This document shows positions 28,231-37,951 of a DNA stretch of 64,000 nucleotides, one piece after another (the stretch's first letter is position 1; each line of letters begins with the position of its first letter). Origin of the DNA: Caldisericota bacterium (lineage in GTDB: Bacteria > Caldisericota > JANLFM01); the NCBI GenBank assembly GCA_024655865.1, contig JANLFM010000006.1, forward strand, positions 16,183-80,182, read 5' to 3'. The notes under the pieces are model-generated. The model was not told the DNA's origin. It saw only the letters and a program-made list of their open reading frames with translations, and did no database searches. A program made the position numbers and the translations under genes.

Positions 28231-30336
28231 ATGAAAATCGGCCAAAAGGTCCTTTTGAGCTTCTTCTTGATTGGGGGCATTCCCCTTATCGCCCTGGCCC
28301 TCACGGTTTATTTTTTAAACTCCCGTGTTTTCCTTGGGGCTGAAGCCCAACATCTGACAAGCTCCCTTTCCACGATGGAATCCTTCCTGAAGCAGGAGAA
28401 ATCCAGGCTGGAAACCACACTTGAGGACTATGCCCTCTGGAGCGATCACTATCAAGCTCTCCTTGAGCAGAAGGATGCTTGGATCGAGGAGAACGTTACC
28501 TCCTGGGTGCCCCAGCACTTCGGTATGGAGCTGGTGATCCTCTGGGATCGTTTTGGCAAGACAATTGGCTATGCGGGAGACCCGGCCTCTCTGGATTCTC
28601 ACATCAGGGAGCTGGCGCTGACCAAAGCTTTGGGCCAGTCTCAGTTTTTCTCAGGATTCGAGCGCTTGGGTCCTTCTTTAGCCATTTTTGCTTCCGGTCC
28701 CGTCCTTACTAACGAAGGTAAGGGGCCTCCAGCCGGGGCTCTCCTTTTTGTTCGGTGCCTGAAACCAGAGGATTTATCCTTGTTCGAAAGCGAGGGCTCT
28801 TTCCCTCTTCTTCTTGTGGGAAACGACCTTCAGGTGAGCGAAAAATATTCTCAGACCCCACAGCTTACCGAGATCAAAAGCAAGGTTGGGGAAATAACTG
28901 CTAACTCTGGTTATTTGTTCCTTTCTCAAGGAGCTATTTTAACTTCCAAAGCTCTCTTAAATCCCGAGGGAAAGGTTATCGGTTATCTGGGCTTCTTCAG
29001 CTTTGCCAGAGAAGTAGCGCAGGCCAGGGAAAACACCATAATTTTCTCCCTAATAGTGGGGTGCGGGTTCTTAGGCCTGGTCATCCTGGCCTCGGGATTT
29101 TTGTATAGGTGGCTCCTTGCCCCTCTGAACACCTTGAGTCAGGACCTCCGTAGCCTGTTTTCCGGAAAAAGGATCGAGGAGAGGAAGTGGCCTCGGGATC
29201 AGGTGGGAGCCCTGGCTAGCTCCTTGATGGAACTGTACAGAGAATCCCAGGAAGCGCGCCAGAAAGCTGAGGCAGAAAATGCCTGGTTCCGCGGGATTTT
29301 GGATTCCTCTCAGGACATTCTTTTGATTTTTGATTCTCAGGGAAGGCTCGCAGATGCCAATAAGGCGGCAGAAGTGTTTTTCTCGACTTCCAAAAAACAA
29401 TTTCTGGGCTTAGAGCCCGAAGAGGCTTTAAAGAGGTTGAACATAGAACCTGAAACTCTCAGCTCCCGGTTTTGGGATGGTTTGAAAGAGGCCTACTCCT
29501 CGGGGAAGGAGACGATATACGAAGGGTACTTTGCCGCCATGGACAAACAATTGCTGGTGAGCTTCCTGCCCCTGTTTTTGAAGAAAGAGCTCAAGGGGGT
29601 AATCCTTACCATCAAGGATATTACACCGCTCAGGAATTTAGAGTTAGAAAGGCGCACTGTGCTTGAGGGTGTGGTTCATGATCTGGGTTCTCCCATTACA
29701 TCTCTTCTTGCTGCAGTGGAGCTTATGAAAAAGGGTTGTGATTCCCCCCAAGCGATGAGTTATCTCAATGGGATGGAGAACAACCTGCTTCTTCTGAGAA
29801 ACCTGGTGCAAAATTTAATAAATTTGAACCGCCTGGAAGCTGGCATGGTTAAGCTGGAGCAAGTTCCCATTAACCTTTCTCAGTTCTTGGAAAGGATTCG
29901 CTCCATGTTCCAGCCCCTCATTCAATCCCGCAGGCTGAATCTGGCAGTTGATTGCCCTGAGGACCTTCCTCCCATTAAAGCGGACCCCACGCGCTTGGAG
30001 GAAATTTTTTCCAACCTGATCTCCAACTCCGTAAAGCATACTCCTCCTGATGGTTTAATTTTGATCAGCGCAAGGAAAATTGACGATGCAATCAAGATAC
30101 GCTTTCAGGATACAGGCTATGGAATCCCCGAAGAGGAAAGGGATTTCATTTTCCAGCGTTTCGCTCAAGGAAGAAGGGGGAAAAGGGTCGGGGGTAGCGG
30201 CCTGGGCCTCTACATCACCAAATCCTTAATGGAACTGATGGGGGGAGCGATCAAGCTCGAAAGCGAGAAAGGCAAGGGCACCGTCGTGGAGCTCACGTTC
30301 CCCCTCAGCCAGGAAAACTTTAATTCAGGCTCTTGA
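28231..30336 (+). CDS. Membrane sensor histidine kinase (CHASE4-HAMP-PAS-HisKA-HATPase)
   Basis: Two TM helices, DYALWSD (CHASE4-like), VVHDLGSPI, NSVKHT, DTGYG and GSGLGL. Confidence 0.9.
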   Translation: MKIGQKVLLSFFLIGGIPLIALALTVYFLNSRVFLGAEAQHLTSSLSTMESFLKQEKSRLETTLEDYALWSDHYQALLEQKDAWIEENVTSWVPQHFGMELVILWDRFGKTIGYAGDPASLDSHIRELALTKALGQSQFFSGFERLGPSLAIFASGPVLTNEGKGPPAGALLFVRCLKPEDLSLFESEGSFPLLLVGNDLQVSEKYSQTPQLTEIKSKVGEITANSGYLFLSQGAILTSKALLNPEGKVIGYLGFFSFAREVAQARENTIIFSLIVGCGFLGLVILASGFLYRWLLAPLNTLSQDLRSLFSGKRIEERKWPRDQVGALASSLMELYRESQEARQKAEAENAWFRGILDSSQDILLIFDSQGRLADANKAAEVFFSTSKKQFLGLEPEEALKRLNIEPETLSSRFWDGLKEAYSSGKETIYEGYFAAMDKQLLVSFLPLFLKKELKGVILTIKDITPLRNLELERRTVLEGVVHDLGSPITSLLAAVELMKKGCDSPQAMSYLNGMENNLLLLRNLVQNLINLNRLEAGMVKLEQVPINLSQFLERIRSMFQPLIQSRRLNLAVDCPEDLPPIKADPTRLEEIFSNLISNSVKHTPPDGLILISARKIDDAIKIRFQDTGYGIPEEERDFIFQRFAQGRRGKRVGGSGLGLYITKSLMELMGGAIKLESEKGKGTVVELTFPLSQENFNSGS

Positions 30337-30348
30337 ATATAACCTGCC

Positions 30349-32646
30349 TTACCAGACAGGCCCCGTATCCACGTACTCGATCAGCTTCTCGTTACCCGTG
30401 GGCATGTGCACACCTTTGTGGGAGGCGAAGGACTCCTCCCCCCATCCGTAGAACCAGTCCGTGGGATGGCAGTCAGGGAAGTGCTGGACAACTGGCCCTT
30501 CAAGGAGTGGTCCTCTTCCCAGGGCGCGGTCGATCAGGGTTACAGTCTCAGCGCGGATGATGGGATCATCGGGGTGGAAAGTGCCGTCCGGCAGTCCCTC
30601 CACAATTCCCAAAACGTAGGCGGTCTCGATTTCCTTGATCGCCCAGTGCCCGGAGATATCCGGGAAAGGAGGAGCAGGAAGGAAGACTACTGGGTCTATG
30701 TCCCGAGCCCGAATCATGGCTACGGCTACGTTGGCACGGGTGGCGGGCTCATCGGGGCGGAAGGTGCCGTCCGGGAAGCCCGTCATAATCCCAGCCCTGT
30801 GCACCGCTTCCACATACTTGAAGCTCCAGTGACTCGGTGGGACATCCGCGTAAAATTGCTCGCCGGTTACCGTGCTCTCCAGGTGGAGCAGTCGAGCAAT
30901 AATCGCTGCGATCTCGGCCCGGGTGACGTTCCGCATGGGTCCAAAAATGTTCCCTAAATCGCCAGTGTAGCCTTTAATGTAGGCTTCGTGGATTTTACCG
31001 CCCACAATGACCACTTCGTCCTCAGACTCCACGGTCAAGGGGGGTCTTGTGGAGGTGGCTACGGCTTTATTGCGGATCAGCGTGCCGTCGGGAGTGTCCG
31101 GGTCGACCTTCACGATCAACTTTAAAAGCCGCCATTCTCCAGGGGCGAGGTTCCCCAGGTCCCAGGTGGTGATCTTCGTTGCCGAATCAAAGGTGCCTGC
31201 AGGGCCCCAGAGAGTAGCTGGGGCGTCCACAAAGGTGGTGTGGTCAGGAAGGGAATCCGTGACCTTTACGTAATAGAGGGTCTGATCCCCCTTATTTGCC
31301 ACCAGGATGAAGAAGGTAATGTTCTCCCCGGCCATCACGGTATCCGCCGTGGCCTTCTTCTGAATGGTGAGAACTGGCTTTCCGGAAGGCCCGGGAACCG
31401 TTTTCAGGGCGGAAAAAAGGATGTAGCGCCAGAGAACCGCCACCGTGGCCGGGAGCTGTTCCCGATAACCCAAAACGGGAACCGGCGAACCCGATACCGC
31501 TCCGGTAGCGTTGATCCCCGAAACAAAGAACTGATAAGTAGCCCCAACCGGTGGGGAGGGGTTCATCAGGTAGACCACGAGCAGGTATTTTGGTTCTCCC
31601 AATTTGATCAAAAGCCCAGGTGCAGGGAAGGTAAAGGTAATTGAGCCGTTGTCCGAGGGGTAGGTCCCAGAAGCCAGAACGGGCTCTGTGCCGTCGTAAA
31701 GAGCGTCCTGATTGGTATCCTCAATTAAAAGCACATTGGCAATGTCGGTCTGGTCATTGCCGGTGCCGGTGGCGGTGATGGTCAGGTCGTTCAAATAAAC
31801 ATTTTCAGGAATAACGTCCTGGGATTGTTCCTCGTCAGCAGTGAGCACAAGCTCCATCATCTCGTTAAACTTGTCTCCCGGATCATAGTTATGATCGGGC
31901 GGGGAATTCTCGCTCTCGAAGATGAGCAGCCGGCCGCGGGGGGCGCCCCAGCAGTCCGAGGGAACCATATTTCCCCAGGTATTGGGAATCATCCAGTCAG
32001 CTTTTGTCGCGCTCGCAGGGGGCCAGTAATAGTAAATGGGTTTGCCGTCGGGATCCATTGCTACAGCATCAAAGAGGCAGCCCTTGGGGGAGGGATCGCA
32101 GATTTCAATCCCTAAAAAGTCATAGGGAATAGCCATCTCCACAAGCCAGTATTCCGTGCCTGAGGTGCTGATTGCCCCTGAGAACCCGGGGGGTTCGGAG
32201 ATCGTTTGCCAGCCAGTTCCTGTTCCTGTGGCGAAGATAAAGGGTGTTTCTCCCGCTGGATATTGTTGCCTGATGATGATTTGTCGGTCGTCAGTCTGGG
32301 GTTTGGAACCTAAATTGTGCAGGGAGCACCATTCAAAACTTAACGGGTGGTATATACTTGGAACGGCGTAGTACAGATAAAGTCGCCCCCCGCCGGGATA
32401 ATCCCCGGGGATGGCCTTCATGTAGACCGCTATTTGCGGCCCACCATCTATACCGAAGGAAATGTGATTGGCATCAGACCACTCATCTCTGGGAGCAAGC
32501 TGGCCGTCGATTTTGGGCGTGGTGCCAAAATCTGCGGAACAGGTCCATTCCTCGTTGTGCCCGGATGTGGAAGAGGGCAGATAGGCGAAGGAAATCAGAG
32601 AGAAAACGAGCAACCAGCTCAGGACCACCTTCAATTTTCCCAACAT
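30349..32646 (-). CDS. Secreted surface protein with CBM9-like N-terminus, DUF11 domain and C-terminal SLH repeats
   Basis: Signal peptide from the ATG at 32646 (SD GGAGGTG), PKIDG..EW, DUF11 (IQKKA...VTDSLP) and SLH repeats (GFPDGTFRP, ISGHWA, TRAE). Confidence 0.85.
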   Translation of the reverse strand: MLGKLKVVLSWLLVFSLISFAYLPSSTSGHNEEWTCSADFGTTPKIDGQLAPRDEWSDANHISFGIDGGPQIAVYMKAIPGDYPGGGRLYLYYAVPSIYHPLSFEWCSLHNLGSKPQTDDRQIIIRQQYPAGETPFIFATGTGTGWQTISEPPGFSGAISTSGTEYWLVEMAIPYDFLGIEICDPSPKGCLFDAVAMDPDGKPIYYYWPPASATKADWMIPNTWGNMVPSDCWGAPRGRLLIFESENSPPDHNYDPGDKFNEMMELVLTADEEQSQDVIPENVYLNDLTITATGTGNDQTDIANVLLIEDTNQDALYDGTEPVLASGTYPSDNGSITFTFPAPGLLIKLGEPKYLLVVYLMNPSPPVGATYQFFVSGINATGAVSGSPVPVLGYREQLPATVAVLWRYILFSALKTVPGPSGKPVLTIQKKATADTVMAGENITFFILVANKGDQTLYYVKVTDSLPDHTTFVDAPATLWGPAGTFDSATKITTWDLGNLAPGEWRLLKLIVKVDPDTPDGTLIRNKAVATSTRPPLTVESEDEVVIVGGKIHEAYIKGYTGDLGNIFGPMRNVTRAEIAAIIARLLHLESTVTGEQFYADVPPSHWSFKYVEAVHRAGIMTGFPDGTFRPDEPATRANVAVAMIRARDIDPVVFLPAPPFPDISGHWAIKEIETAYVLGIVEGLPDGTFHPDDPIIRAETVTLIDRALGRGPLLEGPVVQHFPDCHPTDWFYGWGEESFASHKGVHMPTGNEKLIEYVDTGPVW

Positions 32647-32750
32647 AAATTTACACCTCCTCATTTCTTGCAATTTGATTTCTTAGCAGGATGTAATTGG
32701 TTAATCTTTCCCCCAGATTATAAGCTATTTAAACTCACAAAGAAATTATT

Positions 32751-33857
32751 TTAAAAATTTAAAAATTTTCCGTTCTCGTAGATCACCTTTCCGTCCGCTT
32801 TCACCCTTGAGCCGTTCTTCATCTCCCGCACTATATCCCAGTGGATGGCTGACTCGTTCACTCCTCCAGATTCCGAATAGGAGTTCCCCAAAGCGAGATG
32901 CACGGTGCCCCCGATCTTTTCGTCGAAAAGGACGTTTTTGGTGCAGATCTGGATGCCGAAGTTCGTGCCGAAGGAGATTTCGCCGATCCTCCTGGCCCCG
33001 GGATCAATTTCCAAAGCGGCTTTTAGGCTCTCCTCTCCCTTTTCTGCAGAAAATTTCACCACTTCCCCGCGCTCGAACTCCAGGCGTATTCCCTCCACGG
33101 GCTTCCCGTAGAACTCGCTGGGGTATTCAAAGTAAATAAATCCCTCGGCGGAATCCTCAATTGGTCCCGTGAAGATCTCCCCGTCCGGCATATTGATTTT
33201 GCCGTCGCAGTTGATCCACTTTCTTCCTTTGACCTTCATCCTCAAGTCGAGATTGGGGCCCTCAAAGTGCAGCTCCTCCACCTGACCTAAGAACTCGGCC
33301 AAACGCTCCTGCTCCTCGTGCACTTTCTTCCAGTAGCCCACGGGATCATTTTCGTCGGGCATGCAGGCCTGGAACACGAACTCCTGATAATCGGAGAGGG
33401 ACATCCCGGCCTCCTGGGCCAGAGCATTCGTGGGGTAATCAAAGCCCACCCATTTGATGCCCCCTTCCTCCCTGGACTTCATGAACCTCTTCATAAGTGG
33501 TTCCAGAACCTTGCGCCTTCTTGCAATCCTTTTGGGATCAATGCCTGCAAGCTCCCTCAAATTTGCCGGGGCTCCGATCCCGATTTGGACGTCGAGGTGC
33601 TCTATTTCGAATTTTCTGATCTCCGAAACGAAATCCAGTTGCTCCAAAGTTGCGTAGCGGAAGAAGATCTCGTCCAGCCCGTCCAGTCCCAGGCGCAACA
33701 GGGGATGGCCTCCGTGGAGGAGAACCTCCCTGTAGATTGCGCGCACCAGGTCCGCGGCTTCAAGGGTAGAGTTAATGACCACAACCTCTCCTGGTTTTAC
33801 TTCTACGGAATAATCCACAAGTAATTGAGCCAACTTATCAATTCTGGGGTCGCTCAT
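32751..33857 (-). CDS. M29 thermophilic metallo-aminopeptidase (AmpT/PepS family)
   Basis: NMPDGEIFTGP, IGEISFG, FDEKIGGTVHLALG and SAIHWD. Confidence 0.94.
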   Translation of the reverse strand: MSDPRIDKLAQLLVDYSVEVKPGEVVVINSTLEAADLVRAIYREVLLHGGHPLLRLGLDGLDEIFFRYATLEQLDFVSEIRKFEIEHLDVQIGIGAPANLRELAGIDPKRIARRRKVLEPLMKRFMKSREEGGIKWVGFDYPTNALAQEAGMSLSDYQEFVFQACMPDENDPVGYWKKVHEEQERLAEFLGQVEELHFEGPNLDLRMKVKGRKWINCDGKINMPDGEIFTGPIEDSAEGFIYFEYPSEFYGKPVEGIRLEFERGEVVKFSAEKGEESLKAALEIDPGARRIGEISFGTNFGIQICTKNVLFDEKIGGTVHLALGNSYSESGGVNESAIHWDIVREMKNGSRVKADGKVIYENGKFLNF

Positions 33858-34293
33858 TCTCTTCCTCTCTTTCTTGCACTTCTTTTATCAGGTTTTCCAG
33901 TATTTTAATTCCCTTTTCGGCAGAAGCCAGGGCTTCGGGTGAGAGACCCTCGCCAAAATCAAAATTGTACCCTCTTAGAGAAAGAAGAAAGGCTCGAGGT
34001 CGGCGATGATAGAGTTCCTCGAGCCAGAACAGGAATTGCTCCGGAAGGAGGTGGTGGGAAAGGAAGGAGGGCTTATTTTCCGGGAAAATTTCCCTCACCC
34101 GCACTTCCTCCCCTTCCAAAGCCGCATCTACGAATACGGCATAATCACAAAGCGCCAATTCCTCAAGGAGGTCTAAAGAAAGCTCCTGGAGGAACAACTT
34201 CTGGGCGGAAATTTCCGCTTTCTGGACGACATAATGGCCGATCCCGTCGTCCTGGCGATAAGGATTGCCGTAGGCGATTAAAAGGAGCCTAAT
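33838..34293 (-). CDS. hoxW: Hydrogenase maturation endopeptidase (HoxW-like), apparent ATT start
   Basis: The frame upstream of the track start (34197) encodes (I)RLLLIAYGNPYRQDDGIG; VFVDA, SHH and FGEGLS follow downstream. Confidence 0.85.
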   Translation of the reverse strand: MRLLLIAYGNPYRQDDGIGHYVVQKAEISAQKLFLQELSLDLLEELALCDYAVFVDAALEGEEVRVREIFPENKPSFLSHHLLPEQFLFWLEELYHRRPRAFLLSLRGYNFDFGEGLSPEALASAEKGIKILENLIKEVQEREEENERPQN

Positions 34294-35713
34294 CTCTTTG
34301 AATCCTTTTTTCCAGTTTCCCCTCCTGGTTGTAGATTTCTACGATCAGGGGCATCTTCCCCACAGCATGAGTGGAGCAGGAGAGGCAGGGATCGTAACAG
34401 CGGATAGCTCCTTCCACGCGGTTGAGCATCCCTTCCTTGAGGTTTTTGCCGTCCACGAATCCCCTGGCCACGAGGTCCACAGCTTTGCTCATAGCCCAGT
34501 TGTTGTGCCCGGTAGCCACGATCAGGTTGGATTTCTTCATGGTCCCAGTTCCGTCCACCCAGTAATGGTGAATCAGGGTCCCCCGGGGTGCCTCGATCAC
34601 GCCGATCCCTTCCTCGTTTTTGGGGGTGCCGAAAGTGAAGACGTCCTGAGAAAGAATGTCGGGGTCTTTCAGGATCTCTATAGCACGCTCGGCGGCATAG
34701 AGGGTCTCAATCAAGCGCGCATAGTGGTAGTAAAGCGAGCTCTCCACGGGTTTTCCCCCGTTCACCTTTTTGAACTCCAGGAACTCCTTATGAGCCAGAG
34801 GAGTGGAGATGGAGTCCGCCACATTCAGGCGCCCCAGCGGTCCCACGCGGTAGAAACCCTCTTCCGGACCGAGCTCTTTGAAGAATGGGAACTTGAGGTA
34901 GGTCCAGTCTTCAACTTTCTCCCCGATGTATTTCAGGTAATCTTTGCCCTCGAACTCCCTGACGATCTTTCCCTCCTTATCCATGAAGCGCACAATGCCG
35001 TCATAGAGCTCTAAGGAACCGTCCTTTTTCACAAGCCCCATATACCCGGAGGGGAAGGAAGCAAATTGATTGCACTCCTCCTTGTGCTCGGAAATCCACT
35101 TTTTGGCGATCTCGATTCCCTCCTGAATGTACGGGATTCCCTCCTCCAGGAAAGAGAGCATCTCATCCCTGCGAGCTTCATCGAGGGCGGCGTTCACCCC
35201 TCCGGGAACGGCGAAGGTGGGGTGGATCCTTCTTCCCGCCGTAAGCTCAATGATTCTCTGCCCAAATTTGCGCAGCTTCACGGCCTTTAAGGCTATATCC
35301 GGGTTAGCCTGAATCAGCCCCACCACATTGCGCACGGCGGGGTCCGCATCCCACCCCAAAAGGAGGTCCGGGCCAGCCAGCTCAAAGAAGTGCATGGCGT
35401 GGGACTGGACAATCTGTCCCATGTGGACAAGCTCTCGCAGAAGTTTGGCCGGCCTGGGAATGTCCACGCCGATGACGGCGTCGCAGGCTTTGGCCGAGGC
35501 TAAATGGTGAGAGATGGGGCAGATGCCGCAGATGCGCTCGGTGATCATGGGCATCTCCGAGAAGGGCCTGCCCTCGGTGAATTTTTCATAACCGCGGTAC
35601 TGATCCACGTGGAAGTAGGTCTTTTCCACCTTTCCCTGATCGTCCAGGAAGATGGAAACCCTGGCGTGACCTTCAATTCTGGTAACTGGATTTATCGTAA
35701 TTTTTTCTCCCAT
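34289..35713 (-). CDS. hoxH: Group 3d-type [NiFe]-hydrogenase large subunit
   Basis: PVTRIEGH, ERICGICPISH and DPCLSCSTH plus C-terminal extension. Confidence 0.95.
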   Translation of the reverse strand: MGEKITINPVTRIEGHARVSIFLDDQGKVEKTYFHVDQYRGYEKFTEGRPFSEMPMITERICGICPISHHLASAKACDAVIGVDIPRPAKLLRELVHMGQIVQSHAMHFFELAGPDLLLGWDADPAVRNVVGLIQANPDIALKAVKLRKFGQRIIELTAGRRIHPTFAVPGGVNAALDEARRDEMLSFLEEGIPYIQEGIEIAKKWISEHKEECNQFASFPSGYMGLVKKDGSLELYDGIVRFMDKEGKIVREFEGKDYLKYIGEKVEDWTYLKFPFFKELGPEEGFYRVGPLGRLNVADSISTPLAHKEFLEFKKVNGGKPVESSLYYHYARLIETLYAAERAIEILKDPDILSQDVFTFGTPKNEEGIGVIEAPRGTLIHHYWVDGTGTMKKSNLIVATGHNNWAMSKAVDLVARGFVDGKNLKEGMLNRVEGAIRCYDPCLSCSTHAVGKMPLIVEIYNQEGKLEKRIQRD

Positions 35714-35721
35714 AGTTCCTC

Positions 35722-36264
35722 CTAATCGTACTTCAGAAGCTCTTCTTTGAGCTCTGGGGTTTTCCCCTCCAGGATATCCTTGAGCACTTTATAGATAGCG
35801 TCCGCCGAGGGAGGGCAACCGGGAATGTAGAAGTCCACCTTTACCACTTCGTTCAGGGCCATGCACTTCTTGAGGTGTTTGCCAATTCCCGGACCCTGGG
35901 GGATCTTTCCCTCCACCGTGCTCTCAGTGTTTACATATCCTCTTTTTAAAAGCTCCTCGATGGGAATGTAGTTTCTCATGGTGTTGATCCCGCCGAAGAC
36001 CGCACAGTCCCCTAAAGCAACCAGGATCTTGCAGCGCTCGCGGAAGAGTTTCGCTACCTCCTCGTGGTGGTCGGTGGCCACTGCTCCCTCGAGCACCCCG
36101 ATATCCGTTCCGAAAGCGGGGACCTTAAGGTCGGTTATAGGTGTGGCGGTGATCACCAACCCCTCATTGATCAGCTCCACTAATCGCTCATCCATATCTA
36201 AGAGGGACATGTGGCAACCCGCACACCCCTCTAACCAGTCGCTCGCTAAGGTTATCTTCTTCAT
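35722..36264 (-). CDS. hoxY: [NiFe]-hydrogenase small subunit (short, single cluster)
   Basis: WLEGCAGCHMS, GDCAVFGG and PGCPP; 180 aa. Confidence 0.94.
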   Translation of the reverse strand: MKKITLASDWLEGCAGCHMSLLDMDERLVELINEGLVITATPITDLKVPAFGTDIGVLEGAVATDHHEEVAKLFRERCKILVALGDCAVFGGINTMRNYIPIEELLKRGYVNTESTVEGKIPQGPGIGKHLKKCMALNEVVKVDFYIPGCPPSADAIYKVLKDILEGKTPELKEELLKYD

Positions 36265-36286
36265 GGCGTTCCTCCTGACCTTTGCC

Positions 36287-37939
36287 TTAAATTTTTAGAA
36301 GCCGAGAGGAGATCTCTTCCACGGTCAAGACACCCTCGGCAGGGGTAACTACTCTCTGGCGCACAACTTTTTTACCCTCTAAGGTGATAAAGGTTCCCTC
36401 ATCCTCCAGATACCAGGTAATGGGGATTAACAGGTCGGCTACGGATTTGAGTTCCGGGGTTTCAAAGGGAGTAAAGGCAACGATAAAATCCCCTGGGGAA
36501 CGGGCGGAGGAAATGTTTTCCCCGACATAAATTTTCACTTTTTCCTGGGGTACTTTATGTTCGATCCCCAACTCCTTAAGGGCCATAGTGTTAGCCTCGT
36601 AGGGTAAAAAGAGATATTTGAAGCCGGATTCGGTCTCTAATCTCTCACTGATCCCCTCGGGGAGGGAAGAGTAAACGGCAACAACCTTTTCCCCTTTTCT
36701 GGCCTCTCCCAGAGCGGTATCAATGTCTTTATATTCGTAAGAGAAATCCGTAATTCCAGAGAGGCTACCCGCTTCCACAGCAATCAGCCTGGCGTTCTGG
36801 GGGACGACCCTGCGCTTGATCATGGAGCCCACGACCCCGTAGCGCTCGTTCAAATCCACGCCCACTACGAGGTAGGTATCTGCATCCTCCAGGTCCTTTA
36901 AAGTGGCCGTTGATGGGATGGGAGGATTAACCTCGTTCAGAGCGAAAACCCTGTCTCCCAAAGCCGACTTAAAGGCTTGAAGGAGCTCCAGTGGCAGGCT
37001 CCCCTCCAAAAATACCGTTGCCGCTCCCTTTTTCTCGCTGATCACTTTGAAAGCCATCTCGGGGGAAATCTGGGTCCAGATTCCTCCTTCCTTTAACTTA
37101 GGAGCGTTGAGGCGGGGCCGGTCTTCATAAAGGGGAAGGTAGCGTCCGTTCTTGCACAACACTCCCTGGTTAATCGGTGAATCCCAATCCCCGTAAACCT
37201 TCAAAATGAAGTTCGCCCGCCTGTAAACCTCGATGCCGCAACCCACGGGGCAGCGATCGCAATTCGTCTTGATGACCTCCGCTTGCTCTTTCCTTCCCAG
37301 GTAGGAAGCCCTTTTATCCACCAGCGCTCCGGTGGGACAGACCTGGACACACAGTCCACAGGAAACGCAGGAAGACTGAGCAAACTGGTTATTCAGATCA
37401 ATGTTGATCAGGCTCTGGTAACCCCGGTTCTTTACTTCCAGCACGAAATGTCCCCCAAGTTCAGCGCAAGCCCGAGCGCAACGGCGGCAGAGCACGCAGC
37501 GGTTCTGATCTAGAAGGATGTACGGGTGAGAGACATCTACAGGATACTTATCCTCATAGGGAGGGAATTCAAAATGATCCAGACCGAATTTATATCCCAG
37601 GTCCTGGAGCTCGCAGTTTCCGCTGGACTCGCAGTACATGCAGTAGTGGTTGCGCTCCCCGAAAAGGAGCTGGAGTACCGTCATCCTCACTTCCTGGATT
37701 TCCGGAGTGGAGGTCTTTACTTCCATCCCGTCCGTAACATAGGTGGCGCAAGCCGGCTTCAAGGCTCCAGGTCCAGCTTCCACCACACACATGCGGCAGG
37801 CTCCATAGGGAAGTAACTTTTCGTGGTAACAAAGGGTGGGAATTTCAATACCCGCTTCCTTCGCCGCTTCCAGTATGGTCTTACCTTCTTCTACTTCAAT
37901 TTCTTTTCCGTCTATTTTCAGTCTCACTTTTCCCATCAT
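36287..37939 (-). CDS. HoxU/NuoG/HydA-like FeS subunit with an extra cluster and a non-catalytic molybdopterin-oxidoreductase-like tail
   Basis: [2Fe-2S] IPTLC..CRMC..C, ERNHYCMYC..C, two CxxCxxCxxxC and CDRCPVGC..C; no H-cluster or Mo-ligand motifs. Confidence 0.88.
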   Translation of the reverse strand: MMGKVRLKIDGKEIEVEEGKTILEAAKEAGIEIPTLCYHEKLLPYGACRMCVVEAGPGALKPACATYVTDGMEVKTSTPEIQEVRMTVLQLLFGERNHYCMYCESSGNCELQDLGYKFGLDHFEFPPYEDKYPVDVSHPYILLDQNRCVLCRRCARACAELGGHFVLEVKNRGYQSLINIDLNNQFAQSSCVSCGLCVQVCPTGALVDKRASYLGRKEQAEVIKTNCDRCPVGCGIEVYRRANFILKVYGDWDSPINQGVLCKNGRYLPLYEDRPRLNAPKLKEGGIWTQISPEMAFKVISEKKGAATVFLEGSLPLELLQAFKSALGDRVFALNEVNPPIPSTATLKDLEDADTYLVVGVDLNERYGVVGSMIKRRVVPQNARLIAVEAGSLSGITDFSYEYKDIDTALGEARKGEKVVAVYSSLPEGISERLETESGFKYLFLPYEANTMALKELGIEHKVPQEKVKIYVGENISSARSPGDFIVAFTPFETPELKSVADLLIPITWYLEDEGTFITLEGKKVVRQRVVTPAEGVLTVEEISSRLLKI

Positions 37940-37951
37940 TTACCTCCTGAA

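Noticed and set aside
20169..35713. Selenocysteine ([NiFeSe]) recoding
   Set aside because: Both large subunits have DPCLSC with plain Cys codons and no in-frame TGA.
36287..37939. Formate dehydrogenase alpha subunit
   Set aside because: Too short, with no Cys/Sec-His active site or pterin-binding motifs.
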